Origin: Chthonomonadales bacterium
GTDB taxonomy: Bacteria > Armatimonadota > Chthonomonadetes > Chthonomonadales > Chthonomonadaceae
Direction: 5' to 3'
Assembly: GCA_038231295.1 (NCBI GenBank)
Contig: JBBRLP010000009.1
Span: 1-64,000 of the forward strand
Length of the DNA: 64,000 nucleotides
The position numbers and the translations under genes were made by a program. Positions 35,401-45,900 of the stretch are shown here, one piece after another; the stretch's first letter is position 1; each line of letters starts with the position of its first letter. The notes below the pieces were generated by a model that ran no database searches, was not told the origin of the DNA, and was given only the letters and a program-made list of their open reading frames with translations.

Positions 35401-37764
35401 CGTTTCAGGGGGAGCAGGATAGACCCAGTTGCGCCGCTCCTGCCAGACCGGTTTGAGGGTGTTGGCATTGTAACTAAGGAGAACGTCATTCGCCGCGTTC
35501 AGAGCGTACATGTGTCCATCCCCCGCTCCGATAAAGAACGGCACCTTTTTGGGGTCGCCGCCCGGCGCGGGATAGGTGGGGTCATAAGTAGGCGAAGCCA
35601 GAATCGTTCCGAGGCTCGGATCGTCTTTGATCAGATTGGTCGCCGTGCCGTTCGGGAATTTCGCGTAGTAGGCGTCCGCTCCGAAGTGTGGATAGGTCCA
35701 GATGCGCTGCGTGGTTCCCAGCGTCGTGAAGACGGTCGGGTCGTAGTCGCCGCGCCCGCCTGCGTCGAAGGCGTAGACACGTCCGTTCTGGTTGCCCACG
35801 ATGAGTATCTGCGCTCCGGTCAGGTTGTCCGGGTCGTCAATGATGATCGGAGAACCGAGCGAGCCGCCGAAAGCGGGCAGGCTTGTGTCTTTGCGGACGA
35901 TGAAATCTCCCGCCTGGGCCGGATTTGCAACGATCTCTCCGTCCCAGTGGAAGAAGGGATCCGCGGCATCCACCCCCCAGGTGGGCGGAAACAGCGTTGT
36001 GAAACTGGCAGGGCGCTTGTAGTTCGGATCGTGCGCCTGGGCGGGAACTTTGTTGGCCGCCAGTTCCGCCGCCGTCAGCGGGACATAGGACGGATAGGTC
36101 CAGTAGTTCTGCGTGGTGTGCAGGGGGAGGTTACCCGCCGCGTCGAAGGCGTAGATGTGTCCTAGCGTCGCCGTGCTGTTGGTCGTGATGAAGTAGACCA
36201 TCGTGCGGGTCACCCCGTCACGACAGCGCACATTGGCGAGCAGGGGCGAGGCGGCGCTGGTGGCATCGGTGCTGGAAGCGTCTGCAATACCGACATAGCG
36301 CCAGCGTACCCGATCTATCGAGCGGGCGAGTCCATCCGGGTCTCCGCCGAGTGTATTCAAGTTCTGATTGTTGACACAGTAGAAGACGGGCGCGGTGATA
36401 GTCGCGGTCGGGTCCGGAATGAGCGGATTGGTCGCGCTGGCGGGCAGCGTCGGGTCGGTGGGAATGCGCGGTGTGGGATCGGGAACAGACTCCTCACGGG
36501 CAAAGAAGAACAGGGGCTGCGCGTCGGTAATCGGATTGCCCTGCAAGTCATTCAGAAGCTTGTTGGTTCCCACGACCGGGCCAAGAACCCGCCCGTTCGG
36601 CGAGATATTGCCGAGGGCCGCGTTCGCTCCCGACGATTTGGCGACGAACCGCACTGCGTCTGCTGTAATGACCGGAAGTGAACCGCCGAAGCCGGGATCG
36701 TTGATATCGTCCGGCGTGAGAGTATACAGCGTGACGGTTATCTGGTCGCGGGGATCGCCGGAAAAGGGGAAGACAGCCGGGCTGGAGCCGCCACCCTGAA
36801 TATGCTGCCAGCCGGGCGCTCCAGGGTCAATTTCATAGATACGACTGGTCGTCGGGTTGTCAATGTTGGCCTTGACCGGGTTGCCGTTAGCGTCAATCGT
36901 TCGGAACCAACTGACCCGCACAAACGCACGGAGTACGCTGGCATGTCCGGTAGTTACGCCGCCTTTAGAGATTTTCGTGAAGTCGCCGGGCATATAGACA
37001 TCCACGCCGTAGTTCCCGACCACCAGGTTGGTCGCTCCCGAAGAGACAACTGAGGTCGGATGGATGTCATTGATAAGTACGTTCTGTACCGCAGCATAGA
37101 CATTGGTCGCCGCGTTCGGCAGGGCCGCCAGTTCGGTGCGAGTGGCGGCACGCTGCTGGCCCGTAACAGCATCAATAACCAGAAAATCGTTGTGCGTGGC
37201 GAGGACGTAGGCGTAGTCTTTGGTATAGGTCTGGTTCGGGTCCGTCGAAAACGAGAAGCCCCCTGTCGTCGAGCGGTAGTCGTTTACGGGAACCGGAGGC
37301 CCCGGCGCGACCGCAGGCAGGTTCCAGCCACCGTTCAGGTAGCTGTGCGCGATCACCTGTGGGTCGTTGCCGGTCTGCATCGCATAACCGGGCATGACGC
37401 GCACGATGTTGTTTTGCGTGTCTTTGAAGTTTTGTGGGTCGGTCGCGTTGGCGTTGTCTACTATAATGGTGGGCAGCGTTGTCACGCCGGTGGTGGAGAT
37501 GTCCAGGGTACGCGGGAAGACCCAGCGCTGCACACCGTGACCGGGATTGTTGGCAACATTGTTGATATTGTTGCTGCCCGGACGCGTGGGAATCCCCGAA
37601 GAGGTCGCGGCGTTGAAAGTCAGGTTGCCTCGATCCAGCAGCCAGTCCACGTCGTCGAAGACAGGAACCTGCGCCTGCGCCGCTCCCGCCGCCAGAGCGA
37701 ACAGGAGGGCGATCAACGCGCTCAGACCGGATTTGCGGAGGAGAAGCGTGCTTCTATACCTCAT
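29494..37764 (-). CDS. Giant secreted protein with PQQ-like beta-propeller repeats (candidate PilY1-like pilus-associated adhesin)
   Basis: The long ORF ends at 37809 (2,771 aa). The start was chosen at the ATG at 37764 (MRYRSTLLL...), which has a strong RBS AGAGGAAA 7 nt upstream. It gives a canonical signal peptide (LSALIALLFALAAGAAQA). Multiple G-[RH]-[VM]-YA-[FL]-[DN]-A motifs (GRVYAFDAGG, GHMYALNAAN, GRVYAVQE, HIYAFDAAGN) are typical of PQQ/BamB-like beta-propeller blades. It is co-directional with and 39 bp downstream of another giant beta-propeller gene, at the distal end of a type IV pilus gene array. Confidence 0.7.
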   Translation of the reverse strand: MRYRSTLLLRKSGLSALIALLFALAAGAAQAQVPVFDDVDWLLDRGNLTFNAATSSGIPTRPGSNNINNVANNPGHGVQRWVFPRTLDISTTGVTTLPTIIVDNANATDPQNFKDTQNNIVRVMPGYAMQTGNDPQVIAHSYLNGGWNLPAVAPGPPVPVNDYRSTTGGFSFSTDPNQTYTKDYAYVLATHNDFLVIDAVTGQQRAATRTELAALPNAATNVYAAVQNVLINDIHPTSVVSSGATNLVVGNYGVDVYMPGDFTKISKGGVTTGHASVLRAFVRVSWFRTIDANGNPVKANIDNPTTSRIYEIDPGAPGWQHIQGGGSSPAVFPFSGDPRDQITVTLYTLTPDDINDPGFGGSLPVITADAVRFVAKSSGANAALGNISPNGRVLGPVVGTNKLLNDLQGNPITDAQPLFFFAREESVPDPTPRIPTDPTLPASATNPLIPDPTATITAPVFYCVNNQNLNTLGGDPDGLARSIDRVRWRYVGIADASSTDATSAASPLLANVRCRDGVTRTMVYFITTNSTATLGHIYAFDAAGNLPLHTTQNYWTYPSYVPLTAAELAANKVPAQAHDPNYKRPASFTTLFPPTWGVDAADPFFHWDGEIVANPAQAGDFIVRKDTSLPAFGGSLGSPIIIDDPDNLTGAQILIVGNQNGRVYAFDAGGRGDYDPTVFTTLGTTQRIWTYPHFGADAYYAKFPNGTATNLIKDDPSLGTILASPTYDPTYPAPGGDPKKVPFFIGAGDGHMYALNAANDVLLSYNANTLKPVWQERRNWVYPAPPETGNTGLGGAISTAAIFQPAGAGFPYLYFTCEGRVYAVQEVPAVVSPTAPTTNTLKWVFPNTPTPPNADPANDATVALDPGFNGTAPVLMSQATLNAAPVIPSSPAVTNDFCYVLEGNSILIGLNAFNGKLIASGITLSGANTSASPIATLLTGLPGESVDTINPQPALVFADDDGAIWGLTARPDTTQPGTFGTDTLLSEIWHHHEVNANRIASASLASGMIVEGDEGGQLRAYGVGVGLNGLGNTLGPNNGGEPAEIALGAGNLSIDLRVFDIYRQDSYNKIVAGTNTPNRKNAGGGYTKSVLPDPGNLIAGNTEYGSDWGDMLYVSAAGVYHAQPTDDKTKPLHGTGPPRIHVTFTISQPGGASTSYAADIFPQTKALHAAAGELWPDDVAINNGEHDTLQIFGIDPNMGNPAAQLLQGRDKNVYPWVFSHAFPIYPGAPTDNGTIANFLPGVRGYRITAHAEIYQDLEGYDPATMTTTPFPNQSAGTPTYAIGQHDYTGLIAAFQTPPSQTNILGIARAYSITNPIAVTTRSISPLNPDLTIPLNSDMTGKGNLNVVGLYGSVQNALTIKPANVGELLGNGNRQVIPGVVTTNSAVKSLFAPLPMVPDGSTSTYGGVDNAGNRQDAFYIVDRSNMWGLRRKPLQIQVLTRKLGWHGWSPSQNPTATGSAVMNPLPWEQLPTDAQDTLDYPSIPTSAFTVRKTQGDEDAIGGSVQLKLPNYQFNGSDAIAGTRQLVATPFTMAVNVPRFQPANINYGLRTFNGVTFGSSFLDMSGVNRGNPSDPTVTQNYDKTVLGPLQTSNGQPTPLGNALSYPAAGYVSAVVIRVIPPDLPRPAGGYNPTNFFQAARYGSNAGVNEAYRALEVGVSVPPGVKMRVAETTLDVGKLPHGTGYTPLTNNSQPRSFQVPFAPDMSPGLPGPFIWDDPTLQGEFFRPFTVYNESNVNLVDVRVAKLLGQNRAQITGRALSPFTDPTVGVENGSFATTVKMYSDQVNNQSIAPLFALPFKNVSGQPGVGNIGVISSYDHISSSSNPTTSLFSERALWPLNNPFVVQADIDNANQFGALLPTVDDLANGIFGWKDQIQPQPTIGKPHVGDTQGRSSTIPDKPYSATVVPGTLFAADFQRPRIGVAIPLGTPVGTYSAPIYTYEDNTPLQWQEWLSNYPTVAGTTSNFPASHDGVLNITQAGTPSEAHTDPTFILKATVREAKLSRGVTSGDLPMLDVPGSWADPLHPELPTPPGSDTFPAVFMAPGTGGNVFNRNLFMYWSTNRRQGVDGYIDPTTGLLKAYAPYQLAYSNVSAPYSAVGGTGIVIGDFDFANGQPLPKISSWWSVPVVQLYTNANITSLFPSTSGASPFLAGPANVDTMRLSHPAVASSVDFSGGYGSPNPNDNEAYLFWQGQVDKLVASAGGQQQARDSRVSWTSLNGGAAPGVPTGNINAMPNDPGLTKLAPRPLLVKLPAANGAPAQKFLYVFWHAGNQSNASIYYNALGSTALNTPFDGTSKWLLDAAGNPLGDLKLPMPGALVWQSDPAPVYRHIPDPYGSNQVLDVIDVVYTGVLKGRQTVETLLCRYKINRVAPAKAGDPPVGTLTILPIKPVVGEVLTRLGSSNTYQGRDAAWELGTGPEGLLQDPTTDPGSQIKIFLIQGGLANNPVLINAQPGMPNLPQRGRYDQASGLIYFDSALGGQITVDSRSGTIRFPQVAPALADRIQVSYIPFIMRLNTSRDDSNIDRTSLANFGNLPNAPSLRPTAAITSSGNNTSPVVLFDRGLNPRAQLVSPQVVFGGTPTLDRMWVFYRKNDPSGVAKSTIYYKAMRLMVKLPFPVKLGAVQGNGTQQMTPVTVGGNVGPYEIDWVRGRIYFTEADENSSITVSYTYYDPTSGNTGNSGSLKYQVAWGDEISTSAQQGDQTTPEVALPTDSAVSEGQVSAFKDPFLDKVWIFWSSTRAGSTDLYFETIAPQLYPTASNQR

Positions 37765-37847
37765 GGAATTTCCTCTTATCTTCATCTCATTAAGAGCGGC
37801 GGAATGCATTCCGCCGCTCCGAGCCTATAGCGGTCAATTTTTGTCTC

Positions 37848-40800
37848 TTAGAACGGACGGTCACTGAAGGTCGGCTGCTCCAGCAGGCTGGTGGCGGTGC
37901 CGTTGGTTCCAACGCCTATCTTCCGTTTGATCGGTCCGGAGGCGGGCAGAACCGGAATGGCCTCGTTAGGCACCATCCAGGTGATCGCGCCGGCTGTGTT
38001 CGCCGTCAGGTTCCCGCCAACAACGTTGTAGAGACGGGCATTGGCCTGTCGGTAGCCGCCGGTATAGAAGTAGTCGCTGCGGACTTCCACCACTTCCCCA
38101 TGCACATCGCCATCGGCCACGTTCGCTGGCCCGCCGAATATCTCGAAGATATTGTCGCGGCCCGTGTAGGCGTTGGTAATCAGGTAGCGCGGATAGAACT
38201 TGTTGGTCGTCGGGTCGTAATCGGCCTGTTCCAGTTTCTGGATGCTCGTCGCGTTCAGGTGGCGGCCTGTCATATAGTAGTAGTCGTCATTTGACAGCGA
38301 CCACTCGACAATGGCCTCTCCGTTTAGCATTCCCGTTCCCGGCTTCAGAACATAGACTCCGTTGGCATCGGCGAGTACGTAATGCAGATCAGGCACCACC
38401 AGATTTAACGGATTGACTACGTTGAACTCTTTGAACCAGCGGGGGTTGCTGATCGTCTGGCGCTGCGTGATCGTCGTTCCTGCCGCGTTGACGTAGACGA
38501 TGCTGTTGATCAGCGCGGCCACATCGCCATCCGCACCTGCACCGGCGGGGGGATACCGTTTCAGGATCATCAGCGAGCCGCCCGGCCCTTTGACATCGTT
38601 CGGGTTCGTGCCGACGTTGATGGCGGTCGGGTCGAGAACCCCGGCCTGCCGCACGTTGTCTACCGCCGCGACCATGTAAGTGCGGAAGACGCCCGATTCA
38701 AAGTTCGTGAACTGCTGTATGGTTCGATACCGGAAGGCCTGATTTTGTTCCCCATACGACCGGGTATTGAAGACAACCTGCTTGAGCATTCGCGGCGTGG
38801 TGCCGTCGCTGCCCGTCATCACCACCGGAGCGCCCGTCGCGTCGTAGATGTCTACGACCTCCAGAGAGCGGAAGTTGCCGCTGTCCGCGATGATGTAGTG
38901 GAAGGCGATCCAGAACCCGCTACCCGGAGGCGTATAGCTGTAGGTCGCGTTCGAGACCGGACTGGTAAAGGTCAGAGTACCCGTGCCGCTGGTGGTATAG
39001 GTCTGAATGTCGGTGGGCTGGTTCAGCGTCACCGGGTCGTTGTCACGCAGGAAGCGCAGATCGTTGCCCATTCGGCTCAGTTCCCACGTCACGATGCCGC
39101 CCTTGTCCACTTCGATGACCCGGTTATTGCCGGTATCGGCGACCAGGAAATCGTTCAGGGTGTAGCGGTGCGCCATATTCGGACGGGACAGCGACGTTTT
39201 GAGCGTTCCGAGCGCCCCCTGCCCGTTGACGGTACTCTGAATAGCCGTGTAGGACTGTGTGGCGTCCATCGTCCAGGCGGCGCGTCCCGCATGGTCCACT
39301 TCGATCAGGCGGTTGTTGTCCGCGATAAGCGTCAGTTGGTTGTCGAGCGCGATCAGGCCCTGCGGCGTTCCGACCGCCACAATCCCGGTCGTCGCGACAG
39401 GCGGACTGAAGATCGGCTGTGGGATAGCCTTCACGGAGACGGGTGGGCCGGGAGCGAGATACTGCACCGCGTCCGTCGCGATCAGCCGTAGCGTTCCATC
39501 GTCCTTGAAGACGCTGACCTGCCCTCCGTTCGAACTGATACCGGACATATCGAAGGAGACGATGCGCCCGGTCGTCGAGCCGTAGTAGAGCGTGCTGCCG
39601 ATGACGCTCGCGCCGCTCGCCGGATGGATGCCTTCCAGCTCCGGCTCCGTTACGGAGGTCGGGGCGATGCCGAATGCCTTACGGTCCAGCGGGATTGTTG
39701 CCCACCAGAGCAGGTTGTCCAGAACGCCGAAACCGGTCTGATGGTTGATAATCGGGTCGGTCTCATCCACGATCTTGGTGCCGTTTACGGTACTGACCAG
39801 GATCGGCAGAGCGGTATTGAACGCATCCCCTCCGGTGGCCGGTGCGCCGTTACCGGGCTGCACACGGAAATCGAAGATATGGATGGTGCTGCTGCTGCGG
39901 TCTACCGTGAAGTTCGTGTCTTCGTACAGGTCCACGTATTTCGGCTGGAGCGCAGTGGAATTGACCAGATCGGGCTGGCGAATCTTCAGCCGCTCGTTCG
40001 GAAGTGCGATGAGCGTCCCATCGCCCTTCTGTACGGTGAAGGTGGTATCCGGGTTGGAGCGCAACGCCATGAGGACAAGACCGTCCTTCGGGCCTGCAAT
40101 CACGCCGCCGTTCAGGTCTCGCAGATGGCAGTAGCCGACAGTGTAGACGACGCCGTTCGTATAGGCGGGATTGCCAATCTGCTCGTAGTCGGTTACGAAA
40201 ACCTTTGTCAGCACAGGCGGCGGGGCGGGATTGTTCTTCGAGACGAATGTGGAGATGTTAAACAGCCGTCCGGGAACGCCGCCCGTGCCGAGCGCGAAGT
40301 CGTCGTCGGGGGCGTTCGGGCTGAACATCCAGGCAAGGCCGGTGTTGGCTTTGACGGTGCCGTTGGAGAACGTCGTGTTCAGAATCGTGTTGCCGAACTG
40401 CTCATGATAGGCGTAGAGTCGGTCACCGCCCGGATAGTCGCCCGCTCCCAGGAACAGATAGTCCTGCGGGGAGAGCGTCGGAGTGCCGAAAATACGCATA
40501 TAAGGCGGATTGGCGACGCCCTGCCGGGGGTCGGGTGAGACGGTGAAGCTGCGAATACTGAACAGCCGCATTTCCGCCGCTGTCGGGCGCACCGTGCCGC
40601 CGCCGGAAGTCGGAACCAGGTCGGCGGGCCAGTCCAGCGTATAATCGGCGGTGAAGGTGTCCGTCGCGACGAAAGGCGCGGTGATGATGACGACCATGAC
40701 GCGATTGGCAGGCGGCCCCTGATACTCGACGGTGAAGTCGGTGCCATAGATAAGCCGTTTCAGCCCGCCGCCGGCAAAACGCTGATAGACGACCGGGCGC

Positions 40801-42926
40801 AGATCGGGCGCGGGGCCGGTCGGGGCCGTCTGGAACCAGGGCAGCCGCCGTCGGGTGCCTTTCGGCACAAACATATTGCTGCCCGCCGCGAAAGACTCCA
40901 GCGGTTCGCCCTTCGTGCTAAACCAGACGCCCTGCACGGTTCCCGCGAAGGTGTCGGTGTTGGCGTAGGTGCGGGTCGGGACATAGATCATCTTGTCCAG
41001 CGCCCCTGTCGCATCGTCGCGGACATAGCCGACTGTCAGCGAACCGACCGGATTGGCGATGCCGGGAACGACACCGCTGATAACCGCAGGCGACAGCGTA
41101 CTCGGTACGACCGTTCCCGCAATGGCGGAAGACTCGTGGAAGATGTCCTGGCCGGTGAACGGATCAAGCGCGGCGATATGCCAGGTATGATTCGGGTCAT
41201 TCGCCGCCTGATTCCAGAGCGTGAAGACGACACCATCCGAAAAAGCGGGCGCGGGGGCGGGCAGAATCTCCAGCGGCGTTCCCAGCGGCAGCAGGTCAGC
41301 GGAGAGATCGGTCGGGCTGGCATCCGGCGAAACCACGTTGTTAAAGAGCAGCGGGGAGGTCGTCTGAAGGACGCCGCCGACACGGGGGAACGCATCGTAG
41401 AAGAGCGTCGCGCCGGTGCTGGTCGTCACCGCAATGATGTCGAGCGGGGTGCCGTTGACCGGGTTGGCGACCGAGATAATGGTCGGCGTGGAGATGCGGG
41501 TACCGGCGTTCGTGCCGAGCGTCCCTTTCATGTCCACATTCCAGATTTCGTCGTAGGGTGCGCCGTAGATGTAGTCGCGAATGCCGTCGTCTGAGTTGCC
41601 GTCGTTGTCGAGGTCCTGCTGCGGGCTGGCATCGTAGGCGTGGAGGACGTTGTTGCCGTCCACGTAGAAGACAACGCCTTTATGAATGACCGCGCCGGAG
41701 CCGACCGAAGGATACGCCGACTGCGGCGGGTTCTGAAGCTGCGGCGGGATGGTAGACCAGCGCTTTGCCAACTGCGAACCGACGTTCTCCTGCGTTCCGC
41801 TCGTGCGCCGCGCATTCACGCCGCCGGTGGGAACGGAACTCGTCCAGGCGATCAGGTTATAGGCGAACTTGAGGTCTACCGGACGTGCGCCCAGTGTCCC
41901 CTCGCCGCTTGCGACCGCGCTGTTGCCGCCCTCGCCCACATCCACGCCGCCGACATAAGCGTTGATGCCCGTCGCGATACCGCCGGAACTCACCACGATA
42001 TGCCCGGCCCCGTAGTCGCCTGCGGAGAGGAAGGGAAGCTGATTGCCTGCCACCCCTGCCCAGACGACCGGAACCAGCACACGCGGGTTCGCCAGTCCTG
42101 TTGTACCCGTGAACGTGTTGTTCAGGCCCTGATGCGCGTGGTGCGTATGGCCTGCCGAGTCGTACTGAATTCCCGCCGCGCCGAGCGCCTGAATGTCTAC
42201 GCTGTTGATGGAGTAGGGGAAATTGATCAGCGGGTGATGCGCCGTCGCAGGCGTCGGGTAGGTTCCCGCCGAGAGGGCCGAACTGAAACCGAGGTCTACG
42301 ATGAACTGCCCGCCGCCGTAGCTGCCGCCGCTCTTGAGATCGAAGTCGCCTTCGTCCTCCAGCCAGACCGTGCCGCCGCCGTCCACATAGCGCCGCAGTT
42401 TCTCACGCTCATCGGCATTGAACTGCGTGGAGCCGTTGTGATAGGCCATCAGGACGACATCGAACTGCTGCAAATCGGTGGAGGAGACGTTGTCGAGGTT
42501 GACTTCCCAGTACGCGCCGAAGTTCTTGCTCAGAGGCGCCCCGACGCGGAACGCGACGGAGGCCGCGCCGCCCCCGAACGCCGGATCGGTGGCTCCCGCC
42601 CGGTTCTGCCAGCGGGCATAGATGTCGCCGGTGATTGTCGAGGGCGCGAGGGGGTTGGTGAACTCCCACCCGGCAGGTTTGAGGTCGGTGCGCCGATCCA
42701 TGACATAGAAGACGTGCGGCGTGACGTTCTCCGGCCCTCCCCCGACACCGGGGGCTGCGTTTGTCACCAGGACGCAGGCGCGAATCTGCCGCCGTTCGCT
42801 GGCGTAGCTGTGCGTGTCGGCCTGCGCGGGCGTCACCGCCTGCATGGTCGTCAGCCCCAGGCTCAATAGTAGCAGCCGGGGGAAAACGATCTTACCAATC
42901 TTATTGTGTGAGCGGCGTCTTATCAT
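37848..42926 (-). CDS. Giant secreted protein with NHL-like/PQQ-like beta-propeller repeats
   Basis: 1,692 aa with RBS AAAGGTAAG and a signal peptide (KIVFPRLLLLSLGLTTMQAVTPAQA). Repeated D-x-G-N-x-R-[VL]-IEVD motifs (ADTGNNRVIEVDKGG, IADNNRLIEVDHAG, ADSGNFRSLEVVD) resemble NHL repeats. PQQ-like motifs (GVVFYVDGNNVLHAYDA) are also present. Confidence 0.7.
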   Translation of the reverse strand: MIRRRSHNKIGKIVFPRLLLLSLGLTTMQAVTPAQADTHSYASERRQIRACVLVTNAAPGVGGGPENVTPHVFYVMDRRTDLKPAGWEFTNPLAPSTITGDIYARWQNRAGATDPAFGGGAASVAFRVGAPLSKNFGAYWEVNLDNVSSTDLQQFDVVLMAYHNGSTQFNADEREKLRRYVDGGGTVWLEDEGDFDLKSGGSYGGGQFIVDLGFSSALSAGTYPTPATAHHPLINFPYSINSVDIQALGAAGIQYDSAGHTHHAHQGLNNTFTGTTGLANPRVLVPVVWAGVAGNQLPFLSAGDYGAGHIVVSSGGIATGINAYVGGVDVGEGGNSAVASGEGTLGARPVDLKFAYNLIAWTSSVPTGGVNARRTSGTQENVGSQLAKRWSTIPPQLQNPPQSAYPSVGSGAVIHKGVVFYVDGNNVLHAYDASPQQDLDNDGNSDDGIRDYIYGAPYDEIWNVDMKGTLGTNAGTRISTPTIISVANPVNGTPLDIIAVTTSTGATLFYDAFPRVGGVLQTTSPLLFNNVVSPDASPTDLSADLLPLGTPLEILPAPAPAFSDGVVFTLWNQAANDPNHTWHIAALDPFTGQDIFHESSAIAGTVVPSTLSPAVISGVVPGIANPVGSLTVGYVRDDATGALDKMIYVPTRTYANTDTFAGTVQGVWFSTKGEPLESFAAGSNMFVPKGTRRRLPWFQTAPTGPAPDLRPVVYQRFAGGGLKRLIYGTDFTVEYQGPPANRVMVVIITAPFVATDTFTADYTLDWPADLVPTSGGGTVRPTAAEMRLFSIRSFTVSPDPRQGVANPPYMRIFGTPTLSPQDYLFLGAGDYPGGDRLYAYHEQFGNTILNTTFSNGTVKANTGLAWMFSPNAPDDDFALGTGGVPGRLFNISTFVSKNNPAPPPVLTKVFVTDYEQIGNPAYTNGVVYTVGYCHLRDLNGGVIAGPKDGLVLMALRSNPDTTFTVQKGDGTLIALPNERLKIRQPDLVNSTALQPKYVDLYEDTNFTVDRSSSTIHIFDFRVQPGNGAPATGGDAFNTALPILVSTVNGTKIVDETDPIINHQTGFGVLDNLLWWATIPLDRKAFGIAPTSVTEPELEGIHPASGASVIGSTLYYGSTTGRIVSFDMSGISSNGGQVSVFKDDGTLRLIATDAVQYLAPGPPVSVKAIPQPIFSPPVATTGIVAVGTPQGLIALDNQLTLIADNNRLIEVDHAGRAAWTMDATQSYTAIQSTVNGQGALGTLKTSLSRPNMAHRYTLNDFLVADTGNNRVIEVDKGGIVTWELSRMGNDLRFLRDNDPVTLNQPTDIQTYTTSGTGTLTFTSPVSNATYSYTPPGSGFWIAFHYIIADSGNFRSLEVVDIYDATGAPVVMTGSDGTTPRMLKQVVFNTRSYGEQNQAFRYRTIQQFTNFESGVFRTYMVAAVDNVRQAGVLDPTAINVGTNPNDVKGPGGSLMILKRYPPAGAGADGDVAALINSIVYVNAAGTTITQRQTISNPRWFKEFNVVNPLNLVVPDLHYVLADANGVYVLKPGTGMLNGEAIVEWSLSNDDYYYMTGRHLNATSIQKLEQADYDPTTNKFYPRYLITNAYTGRDNIFEIFGGPANVADGDVHGEVVEVRSDYFYTGGYRQANARLYNVVGGNLTANTAGAITWMVPNEAIPVLPASGPIKRKIGVGTNGTATSLLEQPTFSDRPF

Positions 42927-42986
42927 AAGTCACTTACCTTTGTAGTCCCGTCATTTGACGAACTCAGGCGCGATGCGTTACAGGGA

Positions 42987-45900
42987 TCAGGGAACCAGCG
43001 GATGGTCGCTGTCTCCGAAATAGAGCAGGCCCGGACAGACCGGCAGGCGCGGCATAGGCGGCAGTATCTGATGAATGCCTGCGGGCCACCACGCCGTCAC
43101 GGGCGTAAACTTCGAGCGCAGAGCGCGGTTATAGCGCGTCGCGGTGGTCGCGCCGAGCGTCAGCCCCTTGTCGCTCGGGTGCTGGTAGGGCATGGCGAAC
43201 GCCGGGTCGTACTGATAGCGCAGGCCGCGAGTGATGTTCTCGGTGTTCTCCAGCGCCGTGCGGAAATCCTGACTGCGATCTTCAGCGGGGCTGTAAATCG
43301 CAACCGCATTGGAGGCATCGTGAACCCCGATGTGGTCGTCCGGGATGCCTATCGCACTGGAGCCGAAGCGGGTGGTCACGTAGCCCCATTTCGACAGCCA
43401 CGCCGCCTGATCGCCCATCGAAGCCGTGTAGTTCTCCGCGATAGAGCCGAAGATCGTCAGGCGAATGTCGGTCGGTTCGTTGTAGAACGGATAGACATCT
43501 TTCGCGATCTTATCCTGACCGCTATCCAGGTTCTGGCCGCTGCTGCCGATGCTGTAGGCAGTGCGGGTCCCAGTCTTCGCGAAGTTGATGCGCGTATCGT
43601 TCGGGTCCTGGTTGACTGAGTAGCCCGGTATCACGAAGAAGGACTTCTCCTGTGCGTACATTGCGGCTTCGATGCGAATGTCGAGCGGAGCCACGAACGC
43701 CCCGGCATACAGGTAGTCGGTCGTGCCGCCCGCGCCGAGCAGTGTCGAGGCGTTCTGGTCTTTCTGGACGCGCAGAATGTTCTCGAAGCCCGGAGCGCGA
43801 TAGAGCGTGTTGAACAGCTTGCTCGTCGCATCGTAGTAGGGAGCCACGCCACCCGGATCGCGCAACAGGAAGCCGCGCATATCGGCGTAGGGCGTGATCT
43901 CACTGGCGACCGGAACCGGAACGACAGGCGTCCCCGCGAACCGTACACCGAGCGCATAGGTCTCCGGCGGCAGAAGGGCGCTCTGATTGAACTGGAACAG
44001 CGAACTGCCGTTGTTGTTCAGTACCGGGTTGATGAGCAGGTTCATGGCCGACGGGCCGGGCGAGAGCGCCCGATGCCGCGTCATCAGATAGATCGGGCTG
44101 GCTCCCGCGCCGCTCTTGTAGGTCGCCGGGTCCACGCCGAAGCTGAAGCTCTGGTCGTAGGTCTCCCGCGACGTTCCCAGATAGACATCGAACACGCCGT
44201 CGTTCGCCGGGTCGGGCGTCCAGACCCCGGTCTGGTTCTCCGGCGACATGAACATCGTCGTATTGACGCAGACGTAGTCTTTCGCCAGAATCGAGCAGGT
44301 CGAACCGCGCTCCAGAACAGGCGCTCCGCCGTTAAGGTAGCCGTCGGCCTTCAGCAGGTTGCCTTCGACATAGGCAGTGCCGCCTGTGACGACCGTGACA
44401 TGGACGCGGCCCAGATGCGGGATGGTCGTGTTGCCCGGATCGGTGATGCCGCCGTAGTTGCCCTTGATGCGGACGTTGCCTTCCGCCATGATGACCAAAT
44501 TGACGCCATAGGAGTTCTGGTCGTTGAATGGGTTGGCATAGGCGGGCGGCAGGTTCGCGGCGGTCTTCGGCTCGTCGCCCAGGTGGGGCAACGGGGGAAG
44601 CGCGTAGGCGGTGCCGTCCGGGAAGACATAGCTGGCGCGTTCGTCGTCGGCCAGCGGAATGTCCACGACTTTGCCGCCGTTCGCCGTGATCGGCGTTCCG
44701 TCCGGTTTGCGGAAGACATCGCTGTCGCTGCGGGTCAGAATGACGTGGGTTCCCCGGAACTCGACCTGAATCCCCGGTGGGCGATAGTTCGGCCCCTGCC
44801 AGAAGGAGTTCGGATAGGCTTTCGGATCGAGCCAGTCGGTACGCAGCGAGTAGGAGCCGTTGATGCCCTGCGACTCATGCTGCAAGTCCTGCGGGTTGTT
44901 GATATAGACGCCGCGTCCCCATCCGAAGAAACCGGTGTTGAGGTTGCCGCTCCAGATGCCGGAGTCGCGGGTCAGCGCACGGTAGCGCAGGACGCCCGTT
45001 CCGTCCACCTTCGTGTCCATAATCATCGGGTCGAGGCGCGGGATGTTGCGGTTGAAACCGATGTTGTCCGGCGTCGCGGAGCCGTCCCGAATCAGGCCGA
45101 GCAGGGTGCTGAAGTTCGGGCTGGCGCTGGGCCGCAGGGCGCTGGCGAGATTGGGCGCTCCGAGCGGCGTGTTGACATAGACTTGCAGGTCGTTGTCGTT
45201 CAGGATGCTGTCCGCCCCGTTGTTGGCCGGGTCGTTGTCCAGGTCGCGGGTCGGAGCCAGGGAGAACGAGCTGGACGAGAGAACCGTCTCCGCCGGGGCC
45301 GGGAACGACAGGCGCGGGCTGAGATAGATATAGGTATCGCCGCCGAAGCGCACGGGGCCATTGGCGCGGATATTCGCGCCGTACAGCACCTCGTTGTTGT
45401 TGATGCCGTCCGTCAGGTGGGAGGCAATCGTCGGGTCACCCAGCACGGTGGGAATGTCGCGCATTCCATCTACCGGGGCCTGCCCGGCGACAGAAGCCTC
45501 CAGATGCGGCGTCCCGATAAAGTTCTCGTAGGCGGTTCGGTCTTTGTTGGTGATGAAGAACAGATAGTCCGTCAGGCCAAGCTGGACATAGGCAACCTGT
45601 TCGCGCCGAAGCTGCGGAGGCAGGCTGGCGCTCTGCACGAAGATGGTCGGGTCTACATCGCCCTGCGAGATGTCGCCGGGCCGTCCGACGGCCTCTATCC
45701 GCAGATACTGGCTGCGCGGATCGTCGGCTCGCGGCTCATAGACCACGCGCACCAGCGCACGACCGCCATTGAAGAAGACGCGGGAGAAGCCCTGCGACAG
45801 CCAGCGGAAGTCCGGGTCGGTGACGCCCATCGGGTCGCTCGCACTGGTAAAGGGCGGCGTCGGCTCCGGTCGCCAGTCGGCTCCCTCTTCGCTGTAGGTC